DNA of 64,000 bases from Octopus sinensis (lineage: Eukaryota): the NCBI RefSeq assembly GCF_006345805.1, contig NC_042998.1:80972001-81036000 (forward strand), read 5' to 3'. Below, piece by piece: positions 51,287-64,000 of the stretch. Made by a program: the position numbers and the translations under genes. Numbering within the stretch: the stretch's first letter is position 1; each line of letters opens with the position of its first letter. Below the pieces are notes generated by a model. That model ran no database searches. It was not told the DNA's origin and saw nothing but the letters and a program-made list of their open reading frames with translations.

Positions 51287-53027
51287 GTATGTGTGTATGT
51301 ATGTATACATATATACACACATGCCCATGCCCCCCACCTGCGCGCACACTCATACACACATACATGTAAATATAAAATCCGAGATATTTGAATCTGCACA
51401 CTTTAAATGCACAATTAAATGTCATCACATGATCTTGTCCGTGCATTATACATTCAAAATACATTTCGCTGAATTTGCTTTTGTATAAATTTGAAATTCT
51501 TTTACTGTCGTTCAATCAACTCTTTTATATCTGCTAGGAAAAAGTACGTTATTTTTTTTTTCGTTTTAAATCAGTCTGTCATAAAATCTCAAATTATGCG
51601 TTGAATATCATTTCACGAAATAACTCCTGGGAGATTTTCAAATTAAATTTCGTAATTTTCATTGAAACATAAATCATTCTCAAGCAATACATCACTATTA
51701 CAAATATCCTGTAAAGTGATTGTTAGAGAGTGTGCTCTCCTGTGTAAACCAGCTGTATCTGCGTAATAATTATGAAGTGTAATATATTGTAGAGTCTGAA
51801 AAAAAACGCGAATAAAAGCAATTACTAATGTAATAAAAACGCAGATATTTTTTAATATTCATAATACTTAAAGCTACAAGCTGAGATTTTCCTCTGTACA
51901 GTTGTTCTCTTTAGCAAAAGCGTCAGTGAAATTACATATGTGACAAAATAGAGCAAATTAGATGTATCCAATTGGTTTTTCTCCCAATAAAGCTTAGCCG
52001 TCCATCGGAAGCGAGTATGATCAAGTAGCGAAAATTAACACACCTTTGCTTCTTGTTTTAGGTGTCTAGACAGACGTGATCATACATAGAGGCTCAAACG
52101 ACCTTCCAACACTTGACCCAGCAGTGCATGAAAGATGTGAGAGCGGGAAAGAGAGAGAGTTGCTTTAGCAGTCGGATGGTGTTTATTGTTCACTTGAGTA
52201 GTTTACACAAACGTGAAGCGATGTACCTACCCAAGAACTAAGTGCATTGCCTGGCCGTGTGTCGTCTTCGCTTGCTATCTCCACAAGCTTTTTCCATATA
52301 CAAATGTTAAAACTTACAATCAGGAAATAACACAAACAGGACGTAAAGCAATAAATCAATAAATACTACAACCACAGCCTGAGTACTGATGTTATTGTAA
52401 TCACACTCAGCACATTACGTATGCAGAAACTTAGCTACGTAGCTAAGAGGGTCACTTCGTAAAGACATGTTTTCATGTACAGTCCCAGCCTGTAGCACGT
52501 AAGAAACGTGTCCTCCATTCTCCTCTGGCGACTGGTGCCTTGTGAGTGAATTTAGGATACGTAACATGGTGAAAGCCCATCGTACGCACAAAAATGTCTA
52601 CAACTCCAATCCAAGTTATGACGTCCCTTGATTGTTCTCTTAAACACGATCAGAACTGATGTAGTTTTTTCCATCAAGGTAGGGACCTCTTGCAGTAGGT
52701 GTTACAATATTGTTTTCGAGAACGCTAATATGATGTTTTGGTCAGCTTCTTAAAGCACATTCTTTTTTCACAGTCCCTGTAAATAGAGAAGCCGTACGTT
52801 ACATTGTTAACAACTACTCAGAGCTTGTGGCTTCAAATCTGATATCTAATCTGAATGAGTGTAACAGATTGGACTTCACTACCAGAAAAGTTAAGTTATC
52901 TGGTGGTGGTGTTCAAACAGATGACGGATTAACTCGACCACAAGACGTTCGGTTCAACTTTCTTACGACACAGCCAACACGTCAAAATATGTATATATGT
53001 TTGTGTGTGTGTATGTGTACTCGTGTC

Positions 53028-53060
<33 letters not shown>

Positions 53061-53403
53061 GAAAGAAGGTTTGAAAATGCAGTTTTAAAGATGTTTATTC
53101 ACTGAACCGGTTTCACTTTTTTAGAAAAAGATTGTCAAAAGTAAAATGTAAAGCTTTGTATGAGCTTTGTTGTGTTAAGTACTGGTTATCACAAAAGTAT
53201 TAAAATACATATATACATTCTTTGATAATAATAAGAAAATGTTAAAAACAGTTTACAAGAAAGTATTTAAGAAAGTAATCAGAACGGGACTCCAAAACCT
53301 ATTATGAGTTCAATAAAAATCATGTTTGTTTGGTAGTATATATATATACACAGAAGGAGATATATTTAAGAATAACATATATGTATATATATGTATATAT
53401 TTA

Positions 53404-53590
53404 TGTGTCTGTGTTTGTTCCCTACCATCGCTTGACAACCGATGTTGGTGTGTTTACGTCTCGGCAAAAAGAAGCCGATAGAATATGTACTAGGCTTACA
53501 AAGAATAAGTCCTGGGGTCGATTTGTTCGGCTAAAGATGGTACTCCAGCATGGATGCAGTAAAATGACTGAAACAAGTAAAAGAATAAAC
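53404..53590 (+). mobile_element. SINE family B, 3' half
   Basis: Matches 16790-16950. Confidence 0.82.
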
Positions 53591-53649
53591 GAATATATAT
53601 ATAAGCACACATATAGCTGTCTATCTCTGACACACTAAAAGCATCACTG

Positions 53650-53930
53650 AACAGCTTTGACTTCAACTACAACACCTGGGAGATGCAAGGGTAAGATCGC
53701 CCTGCTTGGCAAAGCTGTACCAGCAGAGATACCACACCATATGACCGGAACAAGATTGCAGAGGCACGAAGGAATCCATGCAAGTCCAGAGCCAACTCCT
53801 TACCTCCAGTTCCAATAGATCACTATTGCTCGACCTGCGCCAGAGCCTTCCGAGGACACATCGGACTGACTGGCCATTGCCGAACACGCCATTCCCAATA
53901 TTCCACCCCTATGTGATGTCAGAAGAAAAC
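53650..53930 (+). mobile_element. RTE LINE extreme C-terminus with a single zinc finger
   Basis: TWE...DRPAW...CSTCARAFRGHIGLTGHCRTRH. Confidence 0.8.
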
Positions 53931-55434
53931 CTATTTATTTCTGATAGTCGATATGACTTATAAACAGATGATTAAAGGAGTTGCTGGATCTTGGATAACA
54001 TACTCCAAAGTGTTCTTCCTTTTCAAATTTGTAAGGTGTTATTAGAGGTATTTTCGTTGTTAATTCCTGTACGTTGCTCTCCGCGTAGATGTTACTTCTC
54101 TTGTAACAACAAAAATAAGCAAATTTTGTCGCTAAACTCATAAACAATCCCTTTACGTGCATCAATAACTCTGAAATTACAATAACAGATATAGATTTGC
54201 ATTAATAACTCATGAAACTACATTAAAATGTTTATAATTTTCCCCTCTTTTGCAGCAAAAATTTAATTTAGAATATTAGATATTGGAAATACGAATAAAT
54301 ATGCAATTATATATTGCACTGAAAAGCTGCAGAATAAAGCAATAAATCTTATATCACATTGTGCCATGCAATCATGAAATCCTGTATACTGACGGGATTT
54401 ATTCCTTATAAATGTATGCTAATCTGTCAATGACTTCATAGAGATTATACTATTACAAACTTCTCAGGAAATATAATTAATACTCAAAGTGTTAGTAAAA
54501 GGGTATAATATTGTTATAGGAATTTCAGACTATGAGTGATGTTTAATAGATTATTCTTGCTGCTATTGTAGGTCAACCCTAGTCGAGAAGTATTCGATTG
54601 TTTGAATTTGTGGACTGGATTGAAGAATAAATTAAGTTTGAACAAATCCTAAACCAGGACTGTTATGTTATGTTGGCAAAAAATCTTTAGTCCAGAGTAC
54701 TGTTACTGAATATCTCTCGTTGAGAGATTTACAAATAGTAATTTTCTATTTTATAGACCACTAGTTGACACTTTGAAAACTATATATTTCGAAGAAGGGA
54801 AACAACCCGGAAATTGCGATACACAGATAGTGTCTGGTAGCTGAGTGGGGGTGCTAAATACCCTTGTTCTAAAATATAAGGACACAGATCGTGTCGTATA
54901 GCCAGTTGGAGACGATGTCTCTTGAGGCTAAATACAGCAACATTCGTCCTAAACCAGGACTGCCATGTTATGTTGGCAAACAATCTTTCCTCTAAATTAA
55001 GTTTTGTGAGCAGGATAGGACAGTTATCCCCAAACATATTCAATTTGTTTTTCGAGTCTTAGGTATCTTAAAGCATTTTACTCGATGTCTGTGACTTAAA
55101 AGTGGCCGCGGTCACAATATTGCTTTGAAAGAGACGCCGGTTCTTTACAGAGAATCAACGGCACCCATTTTGATACGAGGAGAGAAGTCGATTACTTCGA
55201 TCCCACTGCTAGACAGGTATTTTTATTTTATCAATTCTTAAGGAATTCAAGGTAAAGTTAAATTCAGCGGCATTTGATTGGCCTTTCATAATGTAGGCTA
55301 ATTAAATTGATAACGGGATTAATAAACAAGATAACGGCTTCATCAACAATATAGAACAGATTATGAGATGTTAGCGCAATGTTTGTTTGTAGCGCTGTGT
55401 GGGGAAACTCATTAACATTATATATATATAATAT

Positions 55435-55494
<60 letters not shown>

Positions 55495-55505
55495 ATATAT
55501 ATATG

Positions 55506-55548
<43 letters not shown>

Positions 55549-56102
55549 ATATATATATGTATGTATATATATATATATGTATGTATATATATATATATAT
55601 ATGTATATGCATATATATGCATATATATACATGTATACATACATGTATATAAACATATGTACAGACACACACACATATATAAATATGCAGTTCTATTAAC
55701 AAAAATTCTTTAGAGTGGGAACAAAAATAGAAATTTTCCAATGAATCCGTACAATTCTTGGGAAGACCTATGCTTGATAGCTGTCTTGCACTGCTCGGCC
55801 TGCAATAACTTTCAATCTTATTCCTATCCCTAGAATCTATTTGGATGAATACATTCATAAATGGGAAAGGATAAAATATACAGTTTTTCTCAGCTTACAG
55901 AGGAATATGTCACGTCTTTTAGTGCATGGATTATTTAGCGTCTTTTTCATTAGATGAGATAAAAGATTCTCTCTGGTGCATAAATTTCATTAATCGGAAC
56001 TGGTGCTGATTACGGCTTTAATGATGGAGCTTGAGAGGAAAATGCTTTTGAACGCATGATAATAATGTAATTTTAAGAATATTTTAAAACTGAAAAATAA
56101 TT

Positions 56103-56380
56103 CTGTTCTATAGTTTTGAGATGAGGAATTCTGTACATTATTTACATTGGAGAGATATGCGTCCTCATCTTGTTTTGTGTTACCACTAAGTTTTGGCACA
56201 ACGTTTTACCACAACAAACAGGATGAGGACACTTATCCGTTCTACCAGGACACCTGATGAAGGCTGGAGAGTAAATCAGCCGAAACGTTGTGGTAAGCAC
56301 AAACAAGATGAGAACACATATCCGTCCAATGTAAATAGTGCAAATAATGTGAAAAATAATAATAATTATTTAGAAACCAA
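56103..56380. repeat. Family D repeat in inverted plus tandem arrangement
   Basis: Minus piece 56103-56205, plus partial 56206-56242, and plus HHR-bearing copy 56246-56380. Confidence 0.8.
56249..56294 (+). ncRNA. Minimal hammerhead variant (family D)
   Basis: Stem I CAC/GTG; CTGATGA plus A; stem II GGCTG/CAGCC; GAAACGTT; predicted cut after 56289. Confidence 0.7.
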
Positions 56381-56388
56381 GTTTGAGG

Positions 56389-56452
<64 letters not shown>

Positions 56453-57022
56453 GTGTGTGTGTGTGTGTGTGTGTGTTGTGTTTGTGTTTGTGTTTCTTTT
56501 ATATATTTCTTCTGTTCGTTTTGTGCCATGAATATTCTGAATGACAGCTAATAGTTTCTTGACAAATATGAAATTGATACTTTTACTTCCACCAAATTCA
56601 CTCACACGGCGTCATAGGAGTGACTTGGCCACCATGCCTCGTATGGGGACACAACACGGAACGATGTAGTTACAAAGTGGACTTCTTACAACGAGATAGT
56701 CTTTGTAGGAAAGCGCTCGATCATTGATGTACCCAGGCGTGTCTAAATGGGGTGCGAGATAAACTGCATACAATACCTCCCACCGCCACCACCACCATCA
56801 TCACCACCACCGCCGCCGCCGCTGCACCCCACCCACCACAGCGACAACCTTAACAACAAAGGCCTGTGATAATTTGCTTTTCAAGTAAGATTGGGATAGT
56901 GAACTTAATAAAACTTAAGATATTAATAAAACGTAAGTACCGTGTGGTCACTCAGAGATTATAGCTTTGTACAAAGTAGAGTAAAGAGGAACTTCAAGAT
57001 CTATTAGTAACTTAAACAAACT

Positions 57023-57202
57023 TTTCTACTCTAGGCACAAGGCCTGAAGTTTTGGGGGGAAGGGGCCAGTCGATTAGATCGACCCCAGTACGTAACTGGT
57101 ACTTAAGTTATCGACCCCGAAAAGATGAAAGGTAAAGTCAACCTCGGCGGAATTTGAACTCAGAACGTAAAGACAGACGAAATACTGCTAAGCATTTCGC
57201 CT
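57023..57202 (-). mobile_element. SINE family A monomer
   Basis: Core plus second tail. Confidence 0.88.
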
Positions 57203-58886
57203 GAACAAACTGAACAAGAAATTACAAAGAATCGAACTCGTGTATTGCTTAGTCGATAAGTTCAGGCATCATTAACCAAACTTGTTGAAATATCATTATT
57301 CTTTTATATCCAGGCTATTTAGACCTACGTTAATTATATTGTATTATAATCAGAATGTACGGCTAATGTATCACCTTGGATATTCACTCTAATTGCTTGA
57401 ATTATTATTTGATTATCATATTATTTAATCCCTAGCAATCCCGGGTCAAAGAGACCTGTGATCAACGAATTTCAATCTATGACTCTCCATTTCTTCTTTT
57501 CTTTCAGCAATTGTTCCCCAGATTATATTATTCATTGTGTAATTTTAGAGACAGTGAGTGTGTTTTGAATGGGGATTGTCTGTTATTAATATTCGGTCTT
57601 GCGACCACGCAGGGGCTCCTTCGCTAGCTCATTGTTACTTTAATGTCTAGGTAGGTGGTAAGAAAGACACTAAAACTACAGATGCTATATCTCTAGGTTT
57701 CCATAGTTGTTAATTTAGTTAATCATAATTATGATATCAATTAGTTATATGTCATTGAATATATTTACAACATTGATGAACAAAACCGTTAGATTCATAG
57801 CTGATCAATTTCATATTTCTGAAACACTTATTTGATTTTTGCATGATCTTTGCTCTGTACAGACTACTTACAGAAGTTGCCAACTTAGCAATAATCACCT
57901 TTCTAAATAACGTTATCGTTACTAATATTTTACGAACGCTCAGCGCTCTGAATCAATGCGAATAATGTGTCAAGTTGCTGGCGAAGACGAACGGAAACCG
58001 ACTCCAGTTTTAATAATTTCAAATGGCAGTAAAATATTATTCCCTGTCTTAAATTAATATTTATAAAATCATATTAGTTCGGTCCTTGTATCTGAGATAA
58101 GATCATCAGAGAATGTAGCAGTGTGTATTTTAAAATAATGTTTCATTTCCTAAAAAGTTCTGAATTTAATATATTCAGCAATTTGAAAATGGTAACGGAA
58201 ATATATCTCACTATTCGTTTTCAACTTCTTGCTGAATTCAATATTGGAATATAGTGTGGAATCTTTTACGCTGAACCACATTACACTTATCACACACAAA
58301 CACCCTTTTCTAACGCAAATTCTATGGCAATAATGATGCTAACGAAGAACTGCGCTTGCCTATTTTCCGCGCAAGGAGATCTAACAACTTTAGCTGCCAG
58401 TTATCTCTTATTATAAAAGGCAGATTTTATCTGCCTCCCTTTGTCACTTATAGAAATCTACAATATAGGATTTCTTCAATTACAATTTACCTAGCATTTT
58501 TAAGAGTAGAATGCATCGGGTCATGCCAGGTCCAGTTTTTAAAATTTAAACTCCAATTAAGCAAAATTTACAGAAAACTCACATTCTGGTGTGTATGTCA
58601 AATGCTTTTCTTAGTCTGGTTTACAGCACACGCAAACGCACACACACAGTGTGCAACGAATAAAGTGAAACTAGATGTAATATTTGTTTCTATCTTTCAC
58701 GCTGATAGATACATGAGTAAAATGTATGGCAAGCTAAGAGATAAGAGTGAGTGAAAATGTTCTTGGAAGAGAGTAAATAGCGACAGAGTGATTTGAGGAA
58801 GACTAAACTGAAAGTATGAAACAGTGTTTATGTATAAACAGACGACACTTATATATAGTTATTAATCAATGTATGCATCCGTTTAA

Positions 58887-59200
58887 CCCTTTCGTTACCA
58901 AACCGCCCGAATTTACCTATTCATATTTAAATGAGAATATCAGAGTAAATCTCTTTAGTACATTCGTGAAAACACGTATTATACTTCGTAAACACTTCAA
59001 ATACAGTTTTGTACAAAAATCGAAGTGTAATTTTAATTCCGTGAATTATGGGAGATTTTTTTCTGAAATTTGTTCCTATTGTGTTTTCAAAATTTGTAAT
59101 TCTGACAAAAAATGGATACGAATTTCATTATATCAAGCAGCGAGTCAGAATTCGAAGGATTTTCTACTGAAGACCTTCATAAATCTAACTCTATGACTGA
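58887..59200 (+). mobile_element. Possible left end of a piggyBac-like MITE
   Basis: TTAA|CCCTTTCGTTACC. No matching right end was found. Confidence 0.35.
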
Positions 59201-59213
59201 AAAAAAAAAAGCA

Positions 59214-59610
59214 TCTTTATATAAGAGTGAAGTTGTGTGTCTGTCTCCTACGATTTAGATTCGTAACTACTCCCACATTTTGCGGTGCAGTTTAACCAAA
59301 AGCGGGTACCTTATAGTCGTGATTCATATCGAGCCCTTCTGGGTATTAGCGCACGTCTACGATGAGTCTACGATTTAAAAAAAAATTACCATCATATTTT
59401 TCCATTTTAATGCATTTTTTTCGCTTTTATATAAGGGAAGTAACTCTCTAAAATTATCTACGATGTGTCAACGATTAAAAAAAAAAATTTACCTTAATTT
59501 TTTTTCAATTTTTAAAGCATTTTTTTGCTATTTTTTGGCTATAACTCTCTAAAAATGCTTATATAGTTATTTCCCTTACAAACCCGAGCAACGCCGGGCG
59601 ATACTGCTAG
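59214..59610 (+). mobile_element. Complete non-autonomous Helitron
   Basis: A|TC 5' end, CTAG|T 3' end, hairpin CCCGAGCAACGCCGGG at 59583-59598 ending 12 nt before the terminus, no TSD. Confidence 0.9.
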
Positions 59611-59744
59611 TACTGTTATAAAACAATAAGCTATTCTGTCTAAAACAAATGGAAGAAACAGTGTAAACATAGCTTTTTTTTTATTTCTGTTGAAATCATC
59701 TATTCTGTTAGCCATTTCCGTCACTGCATTTTTTCCGGAAAGTA

Positions 59745-59799
<55 letters not shown>

Positions 59800-60011
59800 T
59801 ATATATATAATAACGAAGTAATAAACATATCACGTTTATATATAAATATAAATAAGTCTGCGTATTATTGTTATAATTATATTTATAATTATAATGATAC
59901 AAAGTAATGCACTGATCCTCCCTTCTAAACACACATAATACGTATGTACATATAAGTATGTTTGAGCGGAAATATATATGTATATATATTTGTGCGTGTG
60001 TGTATGTATGT

Positions 60012-60054
<43 letters not shown>

Positions 60055-60077
60055 CACATATATATATATTTATATAT

Positions 60078-60550
60078 ATAGTATTACATACATATAAGAG
60101 GGAATTACCACTATGTGGAAACCCTTATGCTAGAAGAAGATCCGCTATGGTCTTACCACTAAGAATTGTTCTCTAGAAAATTCAGCAAACACAAAAACAA
60201 AAATATAGATTAATCATAAACAAATGTTTCACTATCAATAAATTACGTAATTGTACTTACGCAATTTATCTGTAGATCTTCAATATGATCGTCCATACAA
60301 ATATAATTTGCAGAACTACACACCAGACATCAACATGAGGTTGGATGTGTTTGCAGTTCTACCTATAACACTTGTGGTTATTTTTCAAAGTCTTCGTTTT
60401 GGCGCGCTAAATTACCGGAAATAATACTGCATAAAATAATTTACTGCAGTAGCTTTTGACGGTTTGAGAACGTATTAATTTAAAATTAAAATTAAAATGA
60501 AAGTGGTTTCCACATAGTGGTAATTCCCTCTTATATGTATGTAATACTAT
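60078..60550. mobile_element. MITE-like element with perfect 46-bp inverted termini
   Basis: 60078-60123 is the exact reverse complement of 60505-60550. Confidence 0.7.
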
Positions 60551-60927
60551 TTACTGAACCTCAGTTTTTTAATATGCTAGACCACTGGTGCTAAATTGAT
60601 GTTATCAAATTAATATTCTATTTTCACCCTCATTTTAATATATATATATCTAATTTTAACTTCAACTTTGACGAAAAGAAGAAATATTCATTTGGATATT
60701 ACACTTGAACTTGCTTGTATTAAGAGGATGTATATACTGAAAACCATAGTCTAACTGTATGTTTTATATGTTTATATGCATGTATATTTGTATACATATA
60801 TATATGTATGTATATATATATATATATATTTATTTGTATGGATTGTTGATCGTTTATCTTGTATCATAATATGTATTTTCAAGTGAAGATTACTATAAAT
60901 ATAATAATATTGTTATTATTGATAAAC

Positions 60928-60961
<34 letters not shown>

Positions 60962-61065
60962 TAATAATAATATTGATAATAATAACAGAATTATTATTAA
61001 TAATTGATTGTTATTTATCTGGTCATAAGCATAGACGTGTTATAATATTGTTATTTTTGATAAAC

Positions 61066-61123
<58 letters not shown>

Positions 61124-61522
61124 ATTATTATTATTATATTATTATATTATTATTATTATTATCATCATCATTATTATTAATATTATTATTATTATTATTA
61201 TATTATTATTATTATTATTATTATAATTAATAATAATGATAATAATTGATTATTATTTATCTGGTCATAAGCATAGACGTGTTTATATGTTCCAATATAT
61301 GTATATATATGTATATGACGTACGGTATATCTACTTGGACATATTGTTTAATTGTGTTTATTTATGTACTTTACACATGTAAAAGCATATACACTTTGCT
61401 TATGTATGTATATGTGTATATATGTATATGTCTATATGGATATTTGTTCATATTTTTTATATATATTAAATAATACGTGCATCATGTTTAACGTATTAAT
61501 ATTAATATTTTTAAAGTTCCTT

Positions 61523-61664
61523 ATAACTTCTGACGAGGCCTATGGTTATATATATAAGTACCATATTTTTAAATGCCTACAACCTCATTATGTTGACAAC
61601 TATAGGCAATAAAAATAAAAGTAACTACTTTTAGCCATAGGCTGAAACAGCTGTAAGAAGTGAT
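61523..61664 (+). ncRNA. Minimal type I hammerhead with long stem II and weakened stem I
   Basis: CTGACGA at 61530; stem II GGCCTATGGTT/AGCCATAGGCT (11 bp); GAAAC; palindromic ACAGCTGT; GTA; stem I ACTT/AAGT out of register by 2 nt. Confidence 0.65.
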
Positions 61665-61844
61665 TTTAATGATTTCAATAATTTATTTTCTGATTTTTAT
61701 AATTTGTATTCTTATCTTATATGTATTGAATTATAAGATATAAATGTATGCTATTGATGTTCTCATTTTGTTAAATGAATAAATAATCCAACATTCTAAT
61801 ATCCGAAAGTTGATGAAAAAACTAAATCTGTTTCTCCATTTTCT

Positions 61845-61950
<106 letters not shown>

Positions 61951-62038
61951 TGTATTTATGTATGTATGTATGTATGTATGTATGTATGTATGTATGTATG
62001 TGTGTGTGTGTGTGTTATCTAAGCTGTAAGTAAGAGCA

Positions 62039-62076
<38 letters not shown>

Positions 62077-62480
62077 CATACATATATATATATAGTTTTC
62101 TTTCTCAGTATGTATTTCCTATATTCTGCCAAAGGGGAGAAAAGAGAACTTAACGTTGATTCTAAATCGAACAATTTAATACAGCTTATCAACAAATACA
62201 TTTCATTCTCTAGTCTAAGAATGATGGCATCGGATAAATATTTTTTATAAACGTTAAAGTTCCTACATAATGTCACGCTTTGCACATATTATATAAAAGT
62301 CAGTGATACCATGATCAAAGACCACATCACTACTTTTACATAAATTCTGTTTATTAGCAAAATAACTGAGAGACAATCGCTTTACCAAATGTTACATTTA
62401 ATTTATTACAGTTATACTTTTCCTTCTAAGTCTCGAATCCGAAATTTGGTAGGTTATGAACAATGATGAAAAGGCTTTAA

Positions 62481-62558
62481 CGCTCGGTCTGGGAATCGAA
62501 ACCGCGATCCAACGACAGCAAGTCCGCTGCCCTAACCACTGGGCCATTGCGCCTCCAC
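62481..62558 (-). mobile_element. tRNA-derived SINE head (family C), not a functional tRNA
   Basis: GGCGCAATGGCCCAGTGGTTAGGGCAGCGGAC...GGTTTCGATTCCCAGACC has A and B boxes, but the T stem and acceptor stem do not close. Confidence 0.75.
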
Positions 62559-63165
62559 CTACGTACTCTAGTCAAGTGGGAATACAGTCATTTAATAGCT
62601 ACGAATTTTATTGAGCTTAGCGGTATACGAAAGATAAAGTTGCAAACGATCGAATGCGATCTACAATCTCAGAGGGACAAAACTAAACTCAAGTGATCAC
62701 CTGTGAAGTTAAAAGCCCATTCAAAATGAAAAAAATAATTCATAGCAATTCAGTAGTCCTCTTAAAATATATTTCACAATAATCAAGATTGAACTATTTA
62801 TTGTACGACTTTATTTAAGAAATTTATTGTGATATTTTAAAATAATATTTTATCGAAACAATAACCTTGAAATTTGAATTGAGATTGTTTTACGCATGTC
62901 TTTTATACGATTAAGTTTTGGATTTAGGCTTAGACATTGAACAGGTTTGACGGAGAAGAAACATTTGAACGTCAACTCAGATTTATATCAATAAGGACCG
63001 TGAAGCAGTTTTGTCATAAATTTATGATTCAAATGAAGGGTATATTTTTATGCTTTATGTAAACATTGTAATGTAATCCACACACACACACACACACACA
63101 CACGAGCAAAACACACACAAACACACACACACACACACACACAAACACGCATATATATATCATAT

Positions 63166-63930
63166 TCTTTTCTACTCTAGGCACAAGGCCCGAAATTTTG
63201 GGGAGCAGGCCAGTCGATTAGATCGACCCCAGTATGCAACCGGTACTTAATTTATCGACCCCAAAAGGATGAAAGGCAAAGTTGACCTCGGCGGAATTTA
63301 AACTCACAATGTAAAGACAGACCAAATGCCTATTTCTTTACTACCCACAAGGGGCTAAACACCGAGAGGACAAACAAGGACAGACAAACAGATTAAGTCG
63401 ATTATATCGAACCCAGTGCGTAACTGGTACTTATTTAATCGACCCCGAAATGATGAAAGGCAAAGTCGACCTCGGCGGAATTTGAACTCAGAACATAGCG
63501 CTAGACGAAATACCGCTAAGCATTTCTCCCGGCGGCTAAAGTTTCTTTTCTACTCTAGGCACAAGGCCCGAAATTTTGGGGGAGGGGGCCCCGTCGATTA
63601 GATCGACCCAAGTACGCAATCGGTACTTAAATTATCGACCCCAAAATGTTGAAAGGCAAAGTCGACCTCGGCAGAATTTGAACTCAGAACATAAAGACAG
63701 ACGAAATACCTATTTTTTTACTACCCACAAGGGGCTAAACACAGAGAGGACAAACGGATTAAGTCGATTATATAGACTGCAATGCGTAACTGGTACTTAT
63801 TTAATCGACCCCGAAAGGATGAAAGGCAAAGTCGACCTCGGCGGAATTTGAACTCAGAACATAGCGGCAGACGAAATACCGCTAAGCATTTCGCCCGGCG
63901 TGTTAACGTTTCTCCCAGCTCGCCGCCTTA
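63166..63930 (-). mobile_element. Head-to-tail pair of SINE family A dimers (four cores)
   Basis: Units 63166-63540 and 63541-63930 repeat the same two-tail architecture. Confidence 0.92.
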
Positions 63931-64000
63931 TACATATATATTATATATAGTCAAGGATGAAAATGAAGGGTCAGTGTAGTACAAGTTTGATATTCCTTAC

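Noticed and set aside
52060-52380. Possible solo LTR (TG start, AATAAA, CA end)
   Set aside because: No TSD, primer-binding site or second copy; the signals are too generic.
62481-62558. Functional tRNA gene
   Set aside because: The cloverleaf does not close; it is a SINE head. The same applies to 44602-44663.

Overview
AT-rich animal genomic DNA, very rich in microsatellites and interspersed repeats. The SINE families resemble those of coleoid cephalopods (Octopus); this is an inference from remembered repeat families, with no database search run. I found no host protein-coding exon I can support, and most ORFs in the supplied track are microsatellite read-through. The window holds decayed mobile elements: a Penelope-like element (RT plus GIY-YIG), several RTE and CR1 LINE fragments, a 5'-truncated R4/Dong element inserted in (TAA)n, Tc1, mariner, Tigger-like, Chapaev3-like and Helitron elements, MITEs/foldbacks, and at least four tRNA-derived SINE families. 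The main unexpected signal is a dense set of type I hammerhead ribozyme (HHR) motifs read by hand: 8 recognisable copies at 7 loci plus 2 decayed remnants, in several unrelated repeat families. They include a perfect HHR whose predicted cut site matches the 5' junction of its own ~352-nt repeat unit (retrozyme-like), a near-identical 556-nt HHR unit in tandem plus inverted arrangement, and what appears to be a tRNA-headed SINE carrying a hammerhead. All folds are manual and untested.
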